A stretch of DNA of 64,000 nt from Nemertoderma westbladi (GCA_032718475.1 JAUCBJ010001254.1:1-64000); one strand, 5' to 3'; counted from the stretch's first letter, positions 1-13,291 are shown. Notes: generated by a model not told the origin, from the sequence alone. Numbers and translations: made by a program.

Positions 1-3000
1 TATCCTATCGCCTACATTGCCTCTCTCAGTGTGACCTACGGTATGTGCAGTAAGACCTACAGTATGCCCTACAGTCTGCATGTGTTGCTCGGGATCGAAG
101 TTTATTCTTCTCGAATAATCCTCCCCGCGGCTACCGTAGTCTCGATCGATAGGTGTATTCCGTCGGAAAGTTTCTCTTCGACCCCCCCCTCTACTGTTCT
201 CATCTTCGTACCGGTACATCATGTACCCCTCTCTCGGCGCGTAATGCATCTCACCGGATCGCATCTCTCCGGGGCGACGGCAATCTCCCGGAGTCCGACC
301 CCACTGACTCTCCGTTCTCATCTCGACTACCGACGGCTCGCTGTCCGTCCTCGCTCTTCTATCGTTTGCGGCGATACTTCTACTACTGTCTTCCTTTCTT
401 CTCCTATCAGTGGAATATTCCCGCTCGCGAGATCTCTCGTCGACCTCCCGGTTAAACCCCACTGTTCTTCTTCCCTCCTCTGATCGGGCTCGACGCTTCG
501 TCCGCCCTCTCGCGACGTCAACCTGTCTCTCTCTGCTCGGTCGCACGCCGCTGGGGATACTCGCGATCCCCCTATTACTTTCCGTCGCCGGTCGTTGCGG
601 TTTACCTATTTCGGCCCTCGCATTATCCGCTGACGGCTGTGGGACACTCCCTGCCCCCCCCCCCCTCTCGCCGCTAACTCTCTGTTGTGGGGTCCTCGTA
701 GCCCCCCCCCCCCCCCACTCGCTACATCTAACTTCGCTACCTCTCTCCCCACTATTATATATCTCTCCAGTCGACACATCAACCCTACTGCGGTCGGGTC
801 CATTCACCCCCGCCTCTCCCTCTGCTATTGCGTGGCCTACCAGGCCCTCTACTCCCTGCCTACCAACTACGTGGCCTACCAGGCCCTCTGCTCCCTGTCT
901 ACTAACTACGTGGCCTACCAGGCCCTCTGCTCCCTGTCTACTAACTACGTGGCCTACCAGGCCCTCTCCTCCCTGGTTATGTAGGCCCGACGTGTTTACA
1001 TTAATAGCACCCATATTGGAAACGGAATTATTTTGCTCGTTTGGAACAAAGTTATTTGTATTATTCTGCACGACTACGTTATCTGAATTATTTTGTAAAT
1101 TCGGGCATAGGTCATTATTTAAATTATTCGAATTATTTTGCGTAATTGCGTTATTTAAATTATTTTGTAGATTCGAATCTGGGTTATTATTTTGATTATT
1201 TGAATTATTTTGCGTAGCTACATTAATATTAGAATTATTTCCTACATTAATACTAGGGGCGTTCTGATTTAAATTTAAATTACTACCACTATGTAAAGCA
1301 TTCCCTGTAATAAAGGTTTGATTAGTGTTGTCCCATACGGTATTATCAATATTAACAACGTCTACTGTACCATTATTATTATTACCCCCCCCGCCCGTAC
1401 GGTCGCACCAGTCTTGAGTCTGTCGTGCGGTCCCTGTCAGTGGGGTATTAATAAATGTATCTACGGCCCCCGGCTCCCTAAAAATACTCGAGCCGGCCCC
1501 GCTTTCAGACGGCGCTGTTCGCACGAGTTGCAACTCGTGCGCCCGTTTAATCTTATCTCCCGCAAACTCACTCTGTTGTCTCTCTATTTTCTTGTTCTCT
1601 CTTTCAGTCTCTGCCATTCTCCTCTCACGCTCCTGGGTGTCCCTAATGGCCGACTCTGCAGCACTCTTAATACTCTCCCTTCGTCTCACTTCGCGCTCCT
1701 TGCGTTCCTTTTCCTCCCTTGCCTCACGCTCCTTGCGTTCCGCCTCACGCTCCTTGCGTTCCCTTTCCTCCCTTGCCTCACGCTCCTTGCATTCCGCCTC
1801 ACGCTCCTTGCGTTCCCTTTCCTCCCTTGCCTCACGCTCCTTGCGTTCCCTTTCCTCTCTCGCCTCACGCTCCTTGCGTTCCGCCTCACGCTCCTTGCGT
1901 TCCGCCTCACGCTCCTTGCGTTCCCTTTCCTCTCTCGCCTCACGCTCCCTACACTCCCTTTCCTCTATCTCATCATACTCCCTTAGGCTTTTCAAAGCCC
2001 TTTCGGCCCTCTCTCCGGTTTCTTTAAGCAATGCCGTTTCCCTCTCTAACCGCACTCTCCCTTCCTCTAGCCGTTCCTTCATTTCTCTATGACATTGCTC
2101 TGCCATGCTGAGACGGTATGCGGCACCTATTTCTCTCACCACTCTTTCTTTCGCGGAGGATGTAACAGACTTATCGGTTACGACGGATTTCCCCCGCCTT
2201 CCCGACCTACTGACTTTCCCCCGCTTCCCGGAGCTTTCTCCGACCGACGAGGCCGAATCCTCGGGGTTAACCTCGGATTCGCCCCCTTCGAGTCCCCTCC
2301 AACCTACTGGTTTTACTCCCCGGGCATCGACCAAGTATGGCCCTATGTACACTGACGCTACGCTAGGTTCCATACTCCCACATTCCCATAGTTCAAACAG
2401 TTCCCCGGCAATCTCATGTGCTCTCGTTTCGGCTAGTTCTCTCTGCCCAAAACGTATTAGGTAATTTATGTGTCTATCCGACTCACCTAGTCGCTTTCTC
2501 AGTCTCACCTCGTCTACCTTCGCCCCTTCCTTCTTGGCGTCCTTCATCAGCTTCCGGGTCGCGTTGTAGGCCCGTCGAAGTCGCTCTGAAACCCCGACGT
2601 CCTCGTCGCCGACCTCTCCTCCGTCCCTCCGGGTTCGACGTCGTACCGGCGGCTCCACCGTCGCCGTTCCGGTGGGCCGTCCGTCGCACTCAGCCTGTAG
2701 CTGGCCGGCGACATCGGTACCAATCTCTCCTCCGTCTCTTCGCGTCCGGCGTCGCACCGTCGGCCCCACCGTCGCCGTTCCGGTGGGCCGCTCGTCGCCC
2801 TCGGCCGGTAGCTGGCCGGCGAAATCGGCGCGCCGTTCTCCGTTCCGTGTCGACTCATCTCCTTCTCCCTCCATCTCGCTCTCTTTCTCTCTTGGCTCGA
2901 CTTCGGGTTCCAGGCCCCCCTCATCCTCAACTTCCGGTTCGCCCGTTATCGATGGCTCCGGCGTCGTGGGCCTGTATCACTTGGTCGCGGCCTCGCGGAT

Positions 3001-3051
3001 CGTTTGATCTTCGTCCGGGGTCCGCGTCGGTGTCTCGCCCGATTCACTCAT
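1..3051 (-). CDS. Gag-like low-complexity/coiled-coil polyprotein N-terminus of A1 (absent from the ORF track, probably because it has no stop inside the window)
   Basis: Manual translation: ATG at 3051 (MSESGETPTRTPDEDQTIREAATK*YRPTTP), one TGA at 2977-2979, then no stop from 2976 to base 1. Contains ERKEREA repeats, an Asn-rich tract and GLVGHVVSRQGAE repeats. Confidence 0.7.
829..975. repeat. 39-bp coding tandem repeat (~3.7 copies)
   Basis: cgtggcctaccaggccctctgctccctgtctactaacta repeated; encodes GLVGHVVSRQGAE on the minus strand. Confidence 0.9.
1692..1950. repeat. 21/36-bp coding tandem repeats (E/R/K-rich coiled coil)
   Basis: cgcctcacgctccttgcgtt units; minus frame reads ERKEREA / REERERKERE. 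Confidence 0.9.
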
Positions 3052-3131
3052 CTCGTCTGGTCGGTGGAGTTCGGCTAGCTAGCAGTGTAGTTCTTAGAGT
3101 TTAACTGGGGCGGCAGCTCGGATTTAGTTAC

Positions 3132-3672
3132 TGTGACGGGATCCAGGGGGGATCCCGATTTATCCGATGTGGTAATTTAGTCCACGCGTCCCCGCCGTGT
3201 ATAAGGGTGAAATAGAGTAACTGAGTTCTGAAGTTCGGTGTATAATAATAATAGGGCATAGGATATAGATATAGATATAATGTGTACAAGGCGGGATACG
3301 GTAACTAAAGTCCCGTGATCCCCTAACTAAACTAATTGACTACTAACCTACGCTAGCACTGCTACACTGAGATAACTGAATCACTGATTAATAGGTTATT
3401 GGTTATATTGCACGGTGGCCTTACTGCTACTCAATCGATGCCTTTCCCCCCTCTGATTGGTTAATACCCTTGTTGGCGCCCCGTGGAGTATTCCCGTTCA
3501 CTCCACCTGTTCTCTCTGGGTTAGGGGTTTGGCCCCTGACCCTCTATTGTGTGCTTCCTTCCCACTCTTATTGGGATGGCACGAGTTGGTTAATTGCCCA
3601 ATCTCGTGGCTCCCAATATTGCTTATCGGCTTATAACTTTATGGGGTGTTGGCGGGATTGAATAAGCTAACA
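3132..3672 (-). repeat. 5' LTR of A1
   Basis: tgtgacgggatcc...gaataagctaaca; termini shared with 11979-12549. Confidence 0.85.
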
Positions 3673-4219
3673 TACTAAGACCAAAAAAGATCTTAATTTT
3701 CGTATTACAAACTTTAAGACCAAAAGCAATCTACATTTTACCAATAGAGGAAGACTTATTAAAAATGTCATAACGTGGTAACATGGTAACGTGGCTAAAA
3801 AATCTGGGTAACTGACAACCGAGGACAAGCCATCGACATTCATATAACCCAATTGATAAATTGTTATTCCCGACATTAGTACCAGTATTTTCTATGGAAT
3901 TGGAATTTAACATGGATTCGTGGGCGCTTTACTTGAAATCCACTGGCTTGGCATTGTGTTGGTCGCCACAAGAAGACATTGCACCAGTATGAGTCATTGT
4001 AACAAAGGTGTCTGACATTGTGACATTTTTTGGCCTCTTATTACACTCATTGGCATAGGCAATGCGAGTCAATGTATTTATCAATGCACGACCTTGGGTC
4101 ATTGCGAAATGAATTATTAACATATACATTTTAACATTACATATTAACATATGTTGTCTTATATTGTAACTTTATTATACGGCATTGTGTCTTAAAATAC
4201 AAAAATTACAGAAATAATA

Positions 4220-5592
4220 AACTCAGTGTACTTGGGCTGCAACTGAGGTAATTAGTTTCTATTCCAGAAATGCAACTCCAGTGTTTGGCTGTTTGCTTGA
4301 TCTTTCTAAAGCATTTGATATGGTGGAATGGTGCAAGCTGTTCCTTGAGCTCTTAAAGAAGGGGTTTTCTCCGTTTTACATCCGGTCTCTGTTATTTATC
4401 TACAATAATCAATCTTGTGTAGTGCGATGGAATAATACGCATTCTGAGTCTTTTACATCGTCCAATGGGGTACGCCAAGGGTCTGTTGCCTCGCCAATCT
4501 TATTCTGTATCTTACTTGATAAGCTGTTTAGGAAATTAAGAAATTCCAAAGTAGGTTGCTTCGTGGGGTCTGTATATTTTGGGGCGGTTGGTTATGCCGA
4601 TGACCTATTTTTGCTATGTCCGTCCATCGTAGGCCTTCAGCATATGGTTAAATTGTGCGAAGAGTTTGCATCGGAAAACAAGTTAATATTCAGCACGAAT
4701 CCGAATCCGGACAAGTCCAAGTCAAAGTGTATAGCTTTCGGGCGGGTCTGGGTTAAGCCTTTAGCGACAATTAAGTTGAACGGTTCGCCTCTTCCATGGG
4801 TTAAGGAGGCGCTGCATCTCGGTAACCTTCTTGACTTTAAAAACTCAATGGAATCTGATATCGTGCGTAAACGAGGGCAGTTTATAGGCAAATTGAATGC
4901 CTTAAGGCAGGAACTATATTTTTCGGACCCGTTTGTGCTTTGCAATGTACAACGTAGTTATTGCACTAGTTTCTACGGTAGTAACCTGTGGAACCTTCTT
5001 TCGCCAACATGTATAAGAATTTTTAGCACCTGGAATGTAAATGTTAGAATGATTTTTGGATTACCATTTAATTCTCATCGATATATTGTTGAAAACCTAG
5101 TGCAGTTTAAACACCCGTGTATTATGCTTTACTCTCGCTTCGTTTCATTTTGTTTATCATTACGTAGGTCTAACAAAATGTGCATTCGTTTTCTTGCTAA
5201 TATATGTTTAGTTGATTGTCGTACCCGGTCTGGGAGAAATTTACGAGAAATAGGAAACATGTGTAACATATTTAATCTTGAATTGCTGACATCTCGTGCG
5301 GTATCTAATCTTACTTATGTACCGTTACTGAACGCAGATAAGTGGCGAGTTAATTTTTGTAGGGAAATTATTTGGTGCCTAAACAACGGAGGTATTGTAG
5401 ATGGCTTTACCCGCCAGGAATTGAGTAATATTTTAAATAGTGTATCCTCATCATAATTAATTACCTTCTTAGATCTGCAGTACTTAGACATATCATATTA
5501 TTTTATAATAGTGCTTGTATTATTATCCTATTGTGCTTTGTGTACCCATCTGTATATTTGGTGTACGAAATTAAATTAAATTAAAATTAAAT
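4220..5592 (+). mobile_element. 5'-truncated non-LTR retrotransposon (LINE, CR1/L2-group-like)
   Basis: RT fragment followed by a short 3' UTR and an (aaatt)n tail at ~5567-5592. Confidence 0.8.
4281..5456 (+). CDS. LINE reverse transcriptase, C-terminal part (5'-truncated)
   Basis: Motifs LDLSKAFD, NGVRQGSVASPILF, GYADD and HLG. Confidence 0.9.
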   Translation: MFGCLLDLSKAFDMVEWCKLFLELLKKGFSPFYIRSLLFIYNNQSCVVRWNNTHSESFTSSNGVRQGSVASPILFCILLDKLFRKLRNSKVGCFVGSVYFGAVGYADDLFLLCPSIVGLQHMVKLCEEFASENKLIFSTNPNPDKSKSKCIAFGRVWVKPLATIKLNGSPLPWVKEALHLGNLLDFKNSMESDIVRKRGQFIGKLNALRQELYFSDPFVLCNVQRSYCTSFYGSNLWNLLSPTCIRIFSTWNVNVRMIFGLPFNSHRYIVENLVQFKHPCIMLYSRFVSFCLSLRRSNKMCIRFLANICLVDCRTRSGRNLREIGNMCNIFNLELLTSRAVSNLTYVPLLNADKWRVNFCREIIWCLNNGGIVDGFTRQELSNILNSVSSS

Positions 5593-6156
5593 AATGTCAA
5601 CTTCTTTTATTTGCTTTATTTTCGAAACTTGTTACATGTTAGACTTTGGAATCAGCTTGGATGATTACATGATAAAATTCATATGTTTTGTTGAATTTTA
5701 TATTATACTACTGGTTTTAATAAATATTTCAAATGTAATAGGCCCTAACATATGAGAACTGACATCGGAAATGAAAGCATTGACGACTAGGAAAACAGAT
5801 AGACAGACCCACAGCCTTATTTCGAGAAGTAAGAGATTTTCTAAGCGATTTTCAGCTTTTGACATCCTCATATAAATCTGTTCAAGAAGAAGTGGATAAA
5901 AAACTATTTTAAATTAGGAAGCCAGCAAACCCCTCCACTTTAATTATGATTTCATTATTTTACTAAAATAATATTAAGTCCAAAAATGATGGACTTTGGT
6001 TATTGTTTTTAAGTCGTTTAAGAGTTGTATCTCACAAATTATTTGTAATATCGGGGAAATTGTGTGCGGTGGGTGGGGTGATCGATTTACTTCCATAAGC
6101 TACTAAATGAATAATATAGGCTACGTAATACCCGTGCAGTACAGTATCATCAGTCA

Positions 6157-6890
6157 TTAACCATATTAGCACCGGGCTATAAAATGTTGTACAAACCGGG
6201 GGGGTCATATTGACCCCCCCCCCCCCCCCCCCCCCCCCTCTAATATCTACAAATATTAACGAAAACGTCTAGTCACTACTCACTATCACTAGTCTGGATC
6301 CGACCGAAAAAAAAAATTTTCGAAAAAATGTACTGGAGTGGTTATATTGCAGCACCAAACATTGCAAGTAGTGCACAATTTTCACAAAATTTGAAAGTTA
6401 CATTTTTCGGCTAATTGTTTTTCAATACAGGTTTTCTGGGGCGCAAAATACATTGGAAAATATTTAAAAATGATATGGTTACTATATATGGCTGTTTAGT
6501 CCTCTCTGCGTAGGAAAAAAATGAAAAAAACAAGTAACCAGCACTTTTCAGTTTGAACACAAAATTTTTAATTCTCTTATACGATGCTATAAATTCACAT
6601 TTTCAGGTTTTCGTGGGTCGCTGATTCTAATGGAGTACATTTCTAATATGCCAGATCATTGCTACTTGTATTTTTCGGCGGAATTTGGCAAATTTTGGTG
6701 CTAGCACCAAATTTCGTACCCATCACCAAAAAGTACAAGTTTGCGATGTCCAGTGCTGTTTTTATTGATTCCATCGGATTCAGGACCCTCATAAACCCGT
6801 ATAACGCAAGAAACAAGGTGATACTATCTATGTGATCAATTTGCTTATTTTCCAAAATTTGGTGCTGGCACCACATTTCTGAAAAAAAAT
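6157..6890. mobile_element. Possible left end of a non-autonomous piggyBac-like DNA transposon
   Basis: TTAA followed by CC, then the hairpin ggggggtcatattgacccccc and a poly-C tract. No right end found, so extent and family are uncertain. Confidence 0.3.
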
Positions 6891-7042
6891 CATAGAAACA
6901 CTCTATACCTATATTACTAAACTAAACCTCTTACAGCGTAACAAACAAACTAACCGAGTAATATATAGGCCTACAGCACAAAAATCCAAAGCGAAACCAA
7001 AAAACGAAAACAACACAACCAGAGAGTCAAGACCAGACCAAT

Positions 7043-7125
7043 AGAATTCTGTAAAAACTTCTTCTGTAAAAACTAAGAATTCCGTAATAAACTTCTGTAA
7101 AAACTAAGAATTCTGTAAAAAAAAC
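7043..7125. repeat. Short degenerate tandem repeat (ttctgtaaaaactaagaa)
   Basis: About 5 imperfect units visible. Confidence 0.7.
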
Positions 7126-8599
7126 TCAAGTTTATCATATTTTCGCCTGCTGTCAGGACTTTTCCACCAGATCTGTAGGCCTACATTACATACAAGATTT
7201 ACATTTAAATTTTGATATTATAACTATTAAATCAATCTGCTAGTATTATCTATTTCAGTTTTTACAAAGCTGAGTAAGTGAAACGGTAACATGGCAATAT
7301 TGTTATTGCTCGCCAGTATCACATCTTTGGGGTTCAGCCTCGCTGCTGGGAGTTGCCTTCCTAGTATACAGCTGAGATGTCAAATGACCCCAATGCTGTT
7401 CAGATCACTGCCACAACCAACATGGAGGAATTAACTGCTCTGGGTATGACTGACGCAGTTCCGTCAGTTCTTGTCACCTGCGGCAGGTAATTAAATATCA
7501 CGGAAGCCCTTATGGTGGAATCATTCACTGCATAATTTACTTGTACTGTAGTTGAGAAGCAACATGTTGTTGAAGCGATATTATGTATGAAACTGCTTTA
7601 TTTACCGTCCAGTTACGGTTTTGTTCTCACTAACGCGTACTGCAAGCTTAGCAGCGCTGTGAGAGCTGGCAATAATGGACGGATCCATTGCTATCAATAT
7701 TGTTGCAATAACTTACTCGCTTATGCTGGGCAGCCTAATAACGAAAAACGAAACATTGGGCGAGTATCGTCTGTAATTTTATAAAGGGATAGTTTACAAA
7801 CCACAGGGAGTTAGATCCGGTTTCTCGGTGTAACATGGTGTGAAGAGTTGTTAAAAAATTAATTAAAACCGAGATCGACAACAATGTTTTAATAATAAAA
7901 ATATATATATAGAATATAATATTACAGTAGCTTTCGATGAATTATTAAAACATCATTAAATTATTAATTATTATTTAATACCTCAATATGGGGTGTCGAC
8001 AGAATTTTGAATGAGTGAATTCTACGATTATGATCGCCCATTTTAGAATAAATTTCGCTGTTGCTAGGCAACCAACAGATCCCTCGCAACCAAAACCTTG
8101 CTTACACAACTAGGTCCTATAATGAACCTATCGTCAAAGTTTCATCCAATTCCATCAACATTAAATGGAAGAAGTTGTGTGTACAAACAAACACACAAAC
8201 AAACAAGCAAACAAACACGCATGAGAAATAAGGAAATCCAATTCTTGTATCCGTCCAATATCCAATTACTGGATCCGTCAGCGTCCAATATATCAAATCC
8301 TTGCTGTATCTAGTCAATCATAGGCCACAAAGGCTATAAGTGAATATAACTATGTTTGTTAAGTATAATGATGTACGAAATACAAAATATAGATATAAGT
8401 GGTCTGACTTCGATATTCAAAATATAATTAATATAAGTGTTTCAACGGAACAATGGCGGTTAATAGAAAAAGTTTAGATAGTTTTTTTTTTGCTATTTTT
8501 CTGACACTTTACGGATGACCGTTGTCAGGCAGTAAAGCAGCAGTAATACGGAACTGTTTCTATCTATTAACCGTCCATTGTTCCGTTTAAACACTTATA

Positions 8600-10000
8600 T
8601 TAATTACAAATACTGTATATATTTATTTTCTTTATATTTGTACATTTTTTCCTGTTGATATTGTACGAAGATCTAATTTTCCCGTCTTCACCGGTGTAAA
8701 CTTTGTTGGAAATCCTGGTCACGGCCATCTTGCTCAGTCTAGTCTTCAATCCCAACCTCTTGGCCACCCATTCTTCCATTAGCATAAATGCTGCTCCACT
8801 ATCGATCAACATCAAGGTTGTTATCGATAGTCCTATTTCTCCCCTATTGCTTCCTAGCAGCACTGTCCCTTTCCTCATGACATCCGTGGTGCTCATCGCC
8901 ATCGTCTGGCCTCCAGTTTCATCGGTCTCAGCATACTTGGGTGGATGTTCTCGACACTCATCCTTCCTATGTCCCCCAACTGCACATCGATGACATAACC
9001 AAAACCTCCCCATATAGGCTATTCGATCTTGTTTAAGCAATGCCTGCCAATGCTTGTAATCGATGGTCTTATGCGCCCCATTTCTGAGCAATTGACATTT
9101 GTAGTTGGGGTTGTAGCATTCCTTATATAGCGCATTGCGTATTGTGTTTAAGTTCAGGTCGGCTGGTTTATTGTTTGGGTTGTTTGGGTTTGGTCTACTG
9201 GGGGTATATGACTTGTTACTACTGTAATTGTTATTTTGTCTCTGTCCCTGCCACGATGTGGTTTTGTTTCCAGGGCTCTGTGGACTTGTAGTCCCCTGAG
9301 TAGCCGCGGACGGTAGTGATTGTCTTACTTTCGGAAGTGCGCTTGCCGTGCTATGTTTTGGTTTAGGTTGATTATATTCCACTTTTTGTGTTTTGCCGAG
9401 ACTGTCCTCGCTATATACTGGATCCGTTAGTAATTTCACCTCATAGTTAAGAAAGTTCGACATTTCTTCCAACCCTGGCTCCGCACCCTTCTTCTCTCGA
9501 GTAGAGAAAGCGATCTTTCTCCATTTATTCCTCAACCACATTGGTAGTGCCTGCGCTAATGTCATGATGTTGTTTGAAGCATTAAGTTCGTATGGTGCTT
9601 CTAGCGTCTTCAAGACTATCAATGATTTCTCTATCCTGGTTGCGAAAGCTTTGATACTGACAGGGTTATCTGCTAGTCCATCTGATGTTATTCCCCTTAA
9701 GGTTTGTCGGATGATCTTCACTGGATGGCCAAATTCCCCTATCCAAGGCTCTCATGCTGCTGTAAAACGTCCTTGGATTCCTTGGTATACATACATTACA
9801 GTATCATAGGCTGGCCCCCCTGTATAAACTTGTAAGTACTTAAGGCACTCCTTCTGTGTCAGATTCTTTGTAAGAATCTCGTTACATCCTCCGGAACTGT
9901 AGATATTCTTCCGTCTTGCTACCGTCGAACTTGAAAGGCTCCACGGGTGGTAGCTCTATTCCAGTTTTTAGCGCGTCAATGAGTGTTGCCATTCCCATCG
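8600..10000 (-). pseudogene. gag: Bel/Pao gag-protease relic (element E)
   Basis: PFKFDGS upstream, ALPMWLRNKW...NFLNYE gag core, knuckle CHRCAVGGHRKDEC, protease LIDSGA. Frameshifted, no LTRs seen. Confidence 0.8.
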
Positions 10001-10172
10001 CCTGAATTTCCATTGCATTTGACGACAAATATCAGTGTTCACTAGTGAACTGAATAGCTAGGCCTATACTACTGTACCGTGTGTACTCAGCCATATTACA
10101 GATAGTACCTACCACCTACCTGCCTACCTGCCTACCCCATTCCCGGACCCTGGTACCTACTGCTGCACCACA

Positions 10173-11978
10173 GTGAGTATGACCTTAGATGAAGACATAC
10201 CACCCGATGTTGCTGTTAGTCCCTGCTGTCATGTAGGGAATGATATTTTAGCCTACATCTGGACTGCCCACACCCGTGCGTTGCACCCCAACTCAATTGC
10301 CACTGTCATTGGGCCGTGGCCAAAGTTTCCAGATGCGCTGCTGAAGGAGGCCAAGTCCCTTCTCTTAGATTTGCTATCATCAGGTTTGGGTAGCTCGAAC
10401 GAGAGGAGAGCTGCTCTTTCGAAACAGAGCTTCGCAAAGAACAGGAAACAAGGTGAGGATATGAGGAAACTTATTGTAAAGGACATCCTAGAGATGTTCG
10501 AATTTCCAGGGTTCCAGTCCTTGGAACTTAGGCCAATTTTCGTTCCATGCAATCTATCTGTTATCCCGTCATTGGGGACCACAGACTCTGATATGCTGTT
10601 CCTTCTAAACATGGTTAGCTCACTCCACGTGGCTGGACCACGTTGTCAGCTCTAGGGGTGCTAGCAATTTAATAACAAATGTATCTGTTGATTATGATCA
10701 ATGCACTTTCGATCATATGCCGGTTGTAACTGACATTAATTTTGCTCCGGGTTATCTATCTTCCCCAGAACCTAATGTGTCTGGAGAGGGCGGTGATTCT
10801 GTGAGAGATAACACTGATTGGGTAAAAAGTGTCTGATTGTGAACGTGAATCGTATTCCAATCTTCTTAATTCTTTATTAAATTCAGTTAATATACCCTTT
10901 GATGCGTTAAATTGTACCAATGGGTTGGGCAATAACTGTAGTGTTCACAAATCTGATATTAACGATTATTATGAGAATGTTATTGCTGCTATGCGTACTG
11001 CCTCTGTAAAAACAATGCCCCAAAAACATCGCAATTATAATAACGGTCCAAAAGTTATTCCCGGCTGGAATGATTTTCAAAAATTTAAATACGATGAATC
11101 TAAAATGTTCTTTAGACTTTGGAAGTCAAATGGCTGCCCTAGATCTGGACCTATGTTTCAGATTTACATTAAAGCTAAATTGGAATTCAAACGGTCACTT
11201 AAGGACTGTAAACGGAATGAACAGCAGATTCGTTCCGATAAAATGGCCCATTCTGTCTATGCTAACAACGCGAATGATTTTTGGCGTAATGTTAAGAGTA
11301 ATTGTTCTACTTGTGTAATAATTATAATGTATATAATTCTACTGTGCCTCTGCCCAGTAAGGTGGGCGATGCTGTAGGTGAGCAGCAAATCTGTGACCTT
11401 TTCAAAGAAAAGTTTTCTGGTTTGTACAATTCTGTAGATAATGATGAATTGAAAGATCATGTTGAGAAGTTGTTTGATTCTGTTGTATTTTCTGATGAGA
11501 TGATTGTATCTGCAGATGAGGTTGTTGACGATGTGTGCAGCAAGCTGTCAACCGGCAAAACAGCTGGTCCGGATGGTTTAGCGCCGAACATTTTAAGTTC
11601 GGCCCTTGCAGTCTTGCAGTACATTTTTCTAAGTTATTTACTACATTTAATGTCCATGGCTTTATCTCACACTCTTTTATTGTGAGTCAGTTAATCCCGT
11701 TAGTAAAGGATAAAAACGGTGATCTTACCGATTTCGATAATTATCGCGCTATTGCTATTGCTAATGTTTCTAGTAAAGTACTTGAGTTAATATATCTCAA
11801 TCGTTTTAAAAGTTTACTACTAACTACTGATTCGCAGTTTGGGTTCAATAAAGAGGGTGTAGGTACTGAACTTGCTGTTGCCACACTGAAAGAAATTATT
11901 CAGTTTTATCTCGATAACGACAGTCCTGTTTACATAGTATATCTTGACTCTTCTAAGGCCTTCGAGCTAATTAATCAT
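10173..11978 (+). mobile_element. Degraded LINE (ORF1 remnant, endonuclease end, RT start) cut by the A2 LTR
   Basis: FDHMPV near 10710, IPGWND, GKTAGPDGL, KDKNGDLTDFDNYRAIAI, QFGF, LDSSKAF. Frameshifts present; ends exactly at the LTR at 11979. Confidence 0.85.
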
Positions 11979-12549
11979 TGTGACGGGATCCACGGAGGAT
12001 CCCGGTTTATCCGGTTTTCAATCTACGCGTCCCCGCCGTGTGTGAAAGGTAAAGAGAGTTATTGATCGCTGTATATAGTTCTCTGGGTATAATAGTATAA
12101 GATATGATATAAGGTATACTGATGATAACACAAAGTATAAGATACAATATTGGATACATGGATGATATACGAAGACGGTAATTGAAGTTCCGGTACTACC
12201 CTAGCTAAACTGACTTACTACATACAAGTGAATGAAATGATTACTGTTCTGATAATATATATTGCACGGTTGGCCGTGTTACTTTACTCAACCGATGCCT
12301 TCCCCCCATTGGCTAATAACCCTGTTGTCGCCCTTTGCCTCCCCTGGAGAGTTTCCCTTCACCTCTGTTACTCTCTCTCTCTCTCTCTCTCTCAGGGGTG
12401 TAACCCCTGACCCTTATTGTGTGTGTGTGTGTGCTTTCTCCTTCCCACTTTGTTGGGGTGACACGAGGTTGATTGCTCACCCTCGTGTTCCCCAATATTG
12501 CTTAACGGCTCACTTTATGGGGTGGTTAGCGGAATTGAATAAGCTAACA
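11979..12549 (-). repeat. 3' LTR of family A copy A2
   Basis: tgtgacgggatcc...aagctaaca; adjacent 12550-12558 reads GGGGGGGAG on the minus strand (polypurine tract). Confidence 0.85.
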
Positions 12550-13291
12550 CTCCCCCCCATGCTATCTTCCCGGTGAGAAGATAGCATCCACCTCTAGTGC
12601 GCTACAATTCCGCTGGATCCCGATCTAGTATCGGGTGTGGGGTGGAACTAGTTTCTTTCGGAGCCGGCTTTCCAGGCCGCTCCCTATGGGTATGATAATG
12701 CTACCCCGTTTGCCTGGCGTCCCGTGTCGGGCCGATCGTGCGCTCCTCCCACACGACTTTTGTTTCCCCAACACTTTCGCCACTCCAACTCCACTCTGTT
12801 CTCACCCTGACCCTCCTCTACTTTTCCTCACTTCGGCTCTAACTCTCGGACTCCCCTGTCCCTTACTCAGCCTCTTATTCCCCCTCCCCCCCACACTTGA
12901 ATTGCGCTCGCACTCTCTCTACACTCCGCACTCTCTCCGCACTACAACTCAACCTCTATCTCGACCACTCACTCCCGACGAGTTTCACCCCCCCCCCCCC
13001 TTTGTGCCGTCGCACTCAAGAAGCGTGATGTCGTCCAATGTCTTGTCCGCGGTAGTATTATAGTCCGTTGGTCCCCAGTCCCAGTAGCTAATTGAGAAAG
13101 GTTATATGACTATAGTACTTACTTCGAATATATATATTTCGTTACTAGATTACTGATTGCTACGTACGTACATACAAATTGCACTTATTCGATTATTTTA
13201 CATTACTTGAATTTGTATTTAAGAGTTCGCACGTCTCGCGTGGTGCCTTCCAGGCATGTTACACCGAAGTCTTAGTTCGTTCCACCAGCCT

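Larger units (their letters stand above)
1..3672 (-). mobile_element. LTR retrotransposon family A, copy A1 (5' LTR plus start of internal region; continues off the left edge)
   Basis: TG...CA-bounded 541-bp LTR at 3132-3672, homologous to LTRs at 11979 and 62829. A long minus-strand ORF starts 80 nt inside it. Superfamily cannot be assigned because no pol of this family is in the window. Confidence 0.8.

Noticed and set aside
2443-2486. 44-nt GT-AG intron on the minus strand
   Set aside because: The long A1 frame reads straight through it, and splicing would shift the frame.
31-3104. Plus-strand ORFs rich in Leu/Ser/Pro
   Set aside because: Antisense shadows of the minus-strand low-complexity ORF.
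8000-8230. Helitron- or SINE-like 3' end with (acaa)n
   Set aside because: Resembles common invertebrate repeats, but no boundaries or second copy can be shown here.
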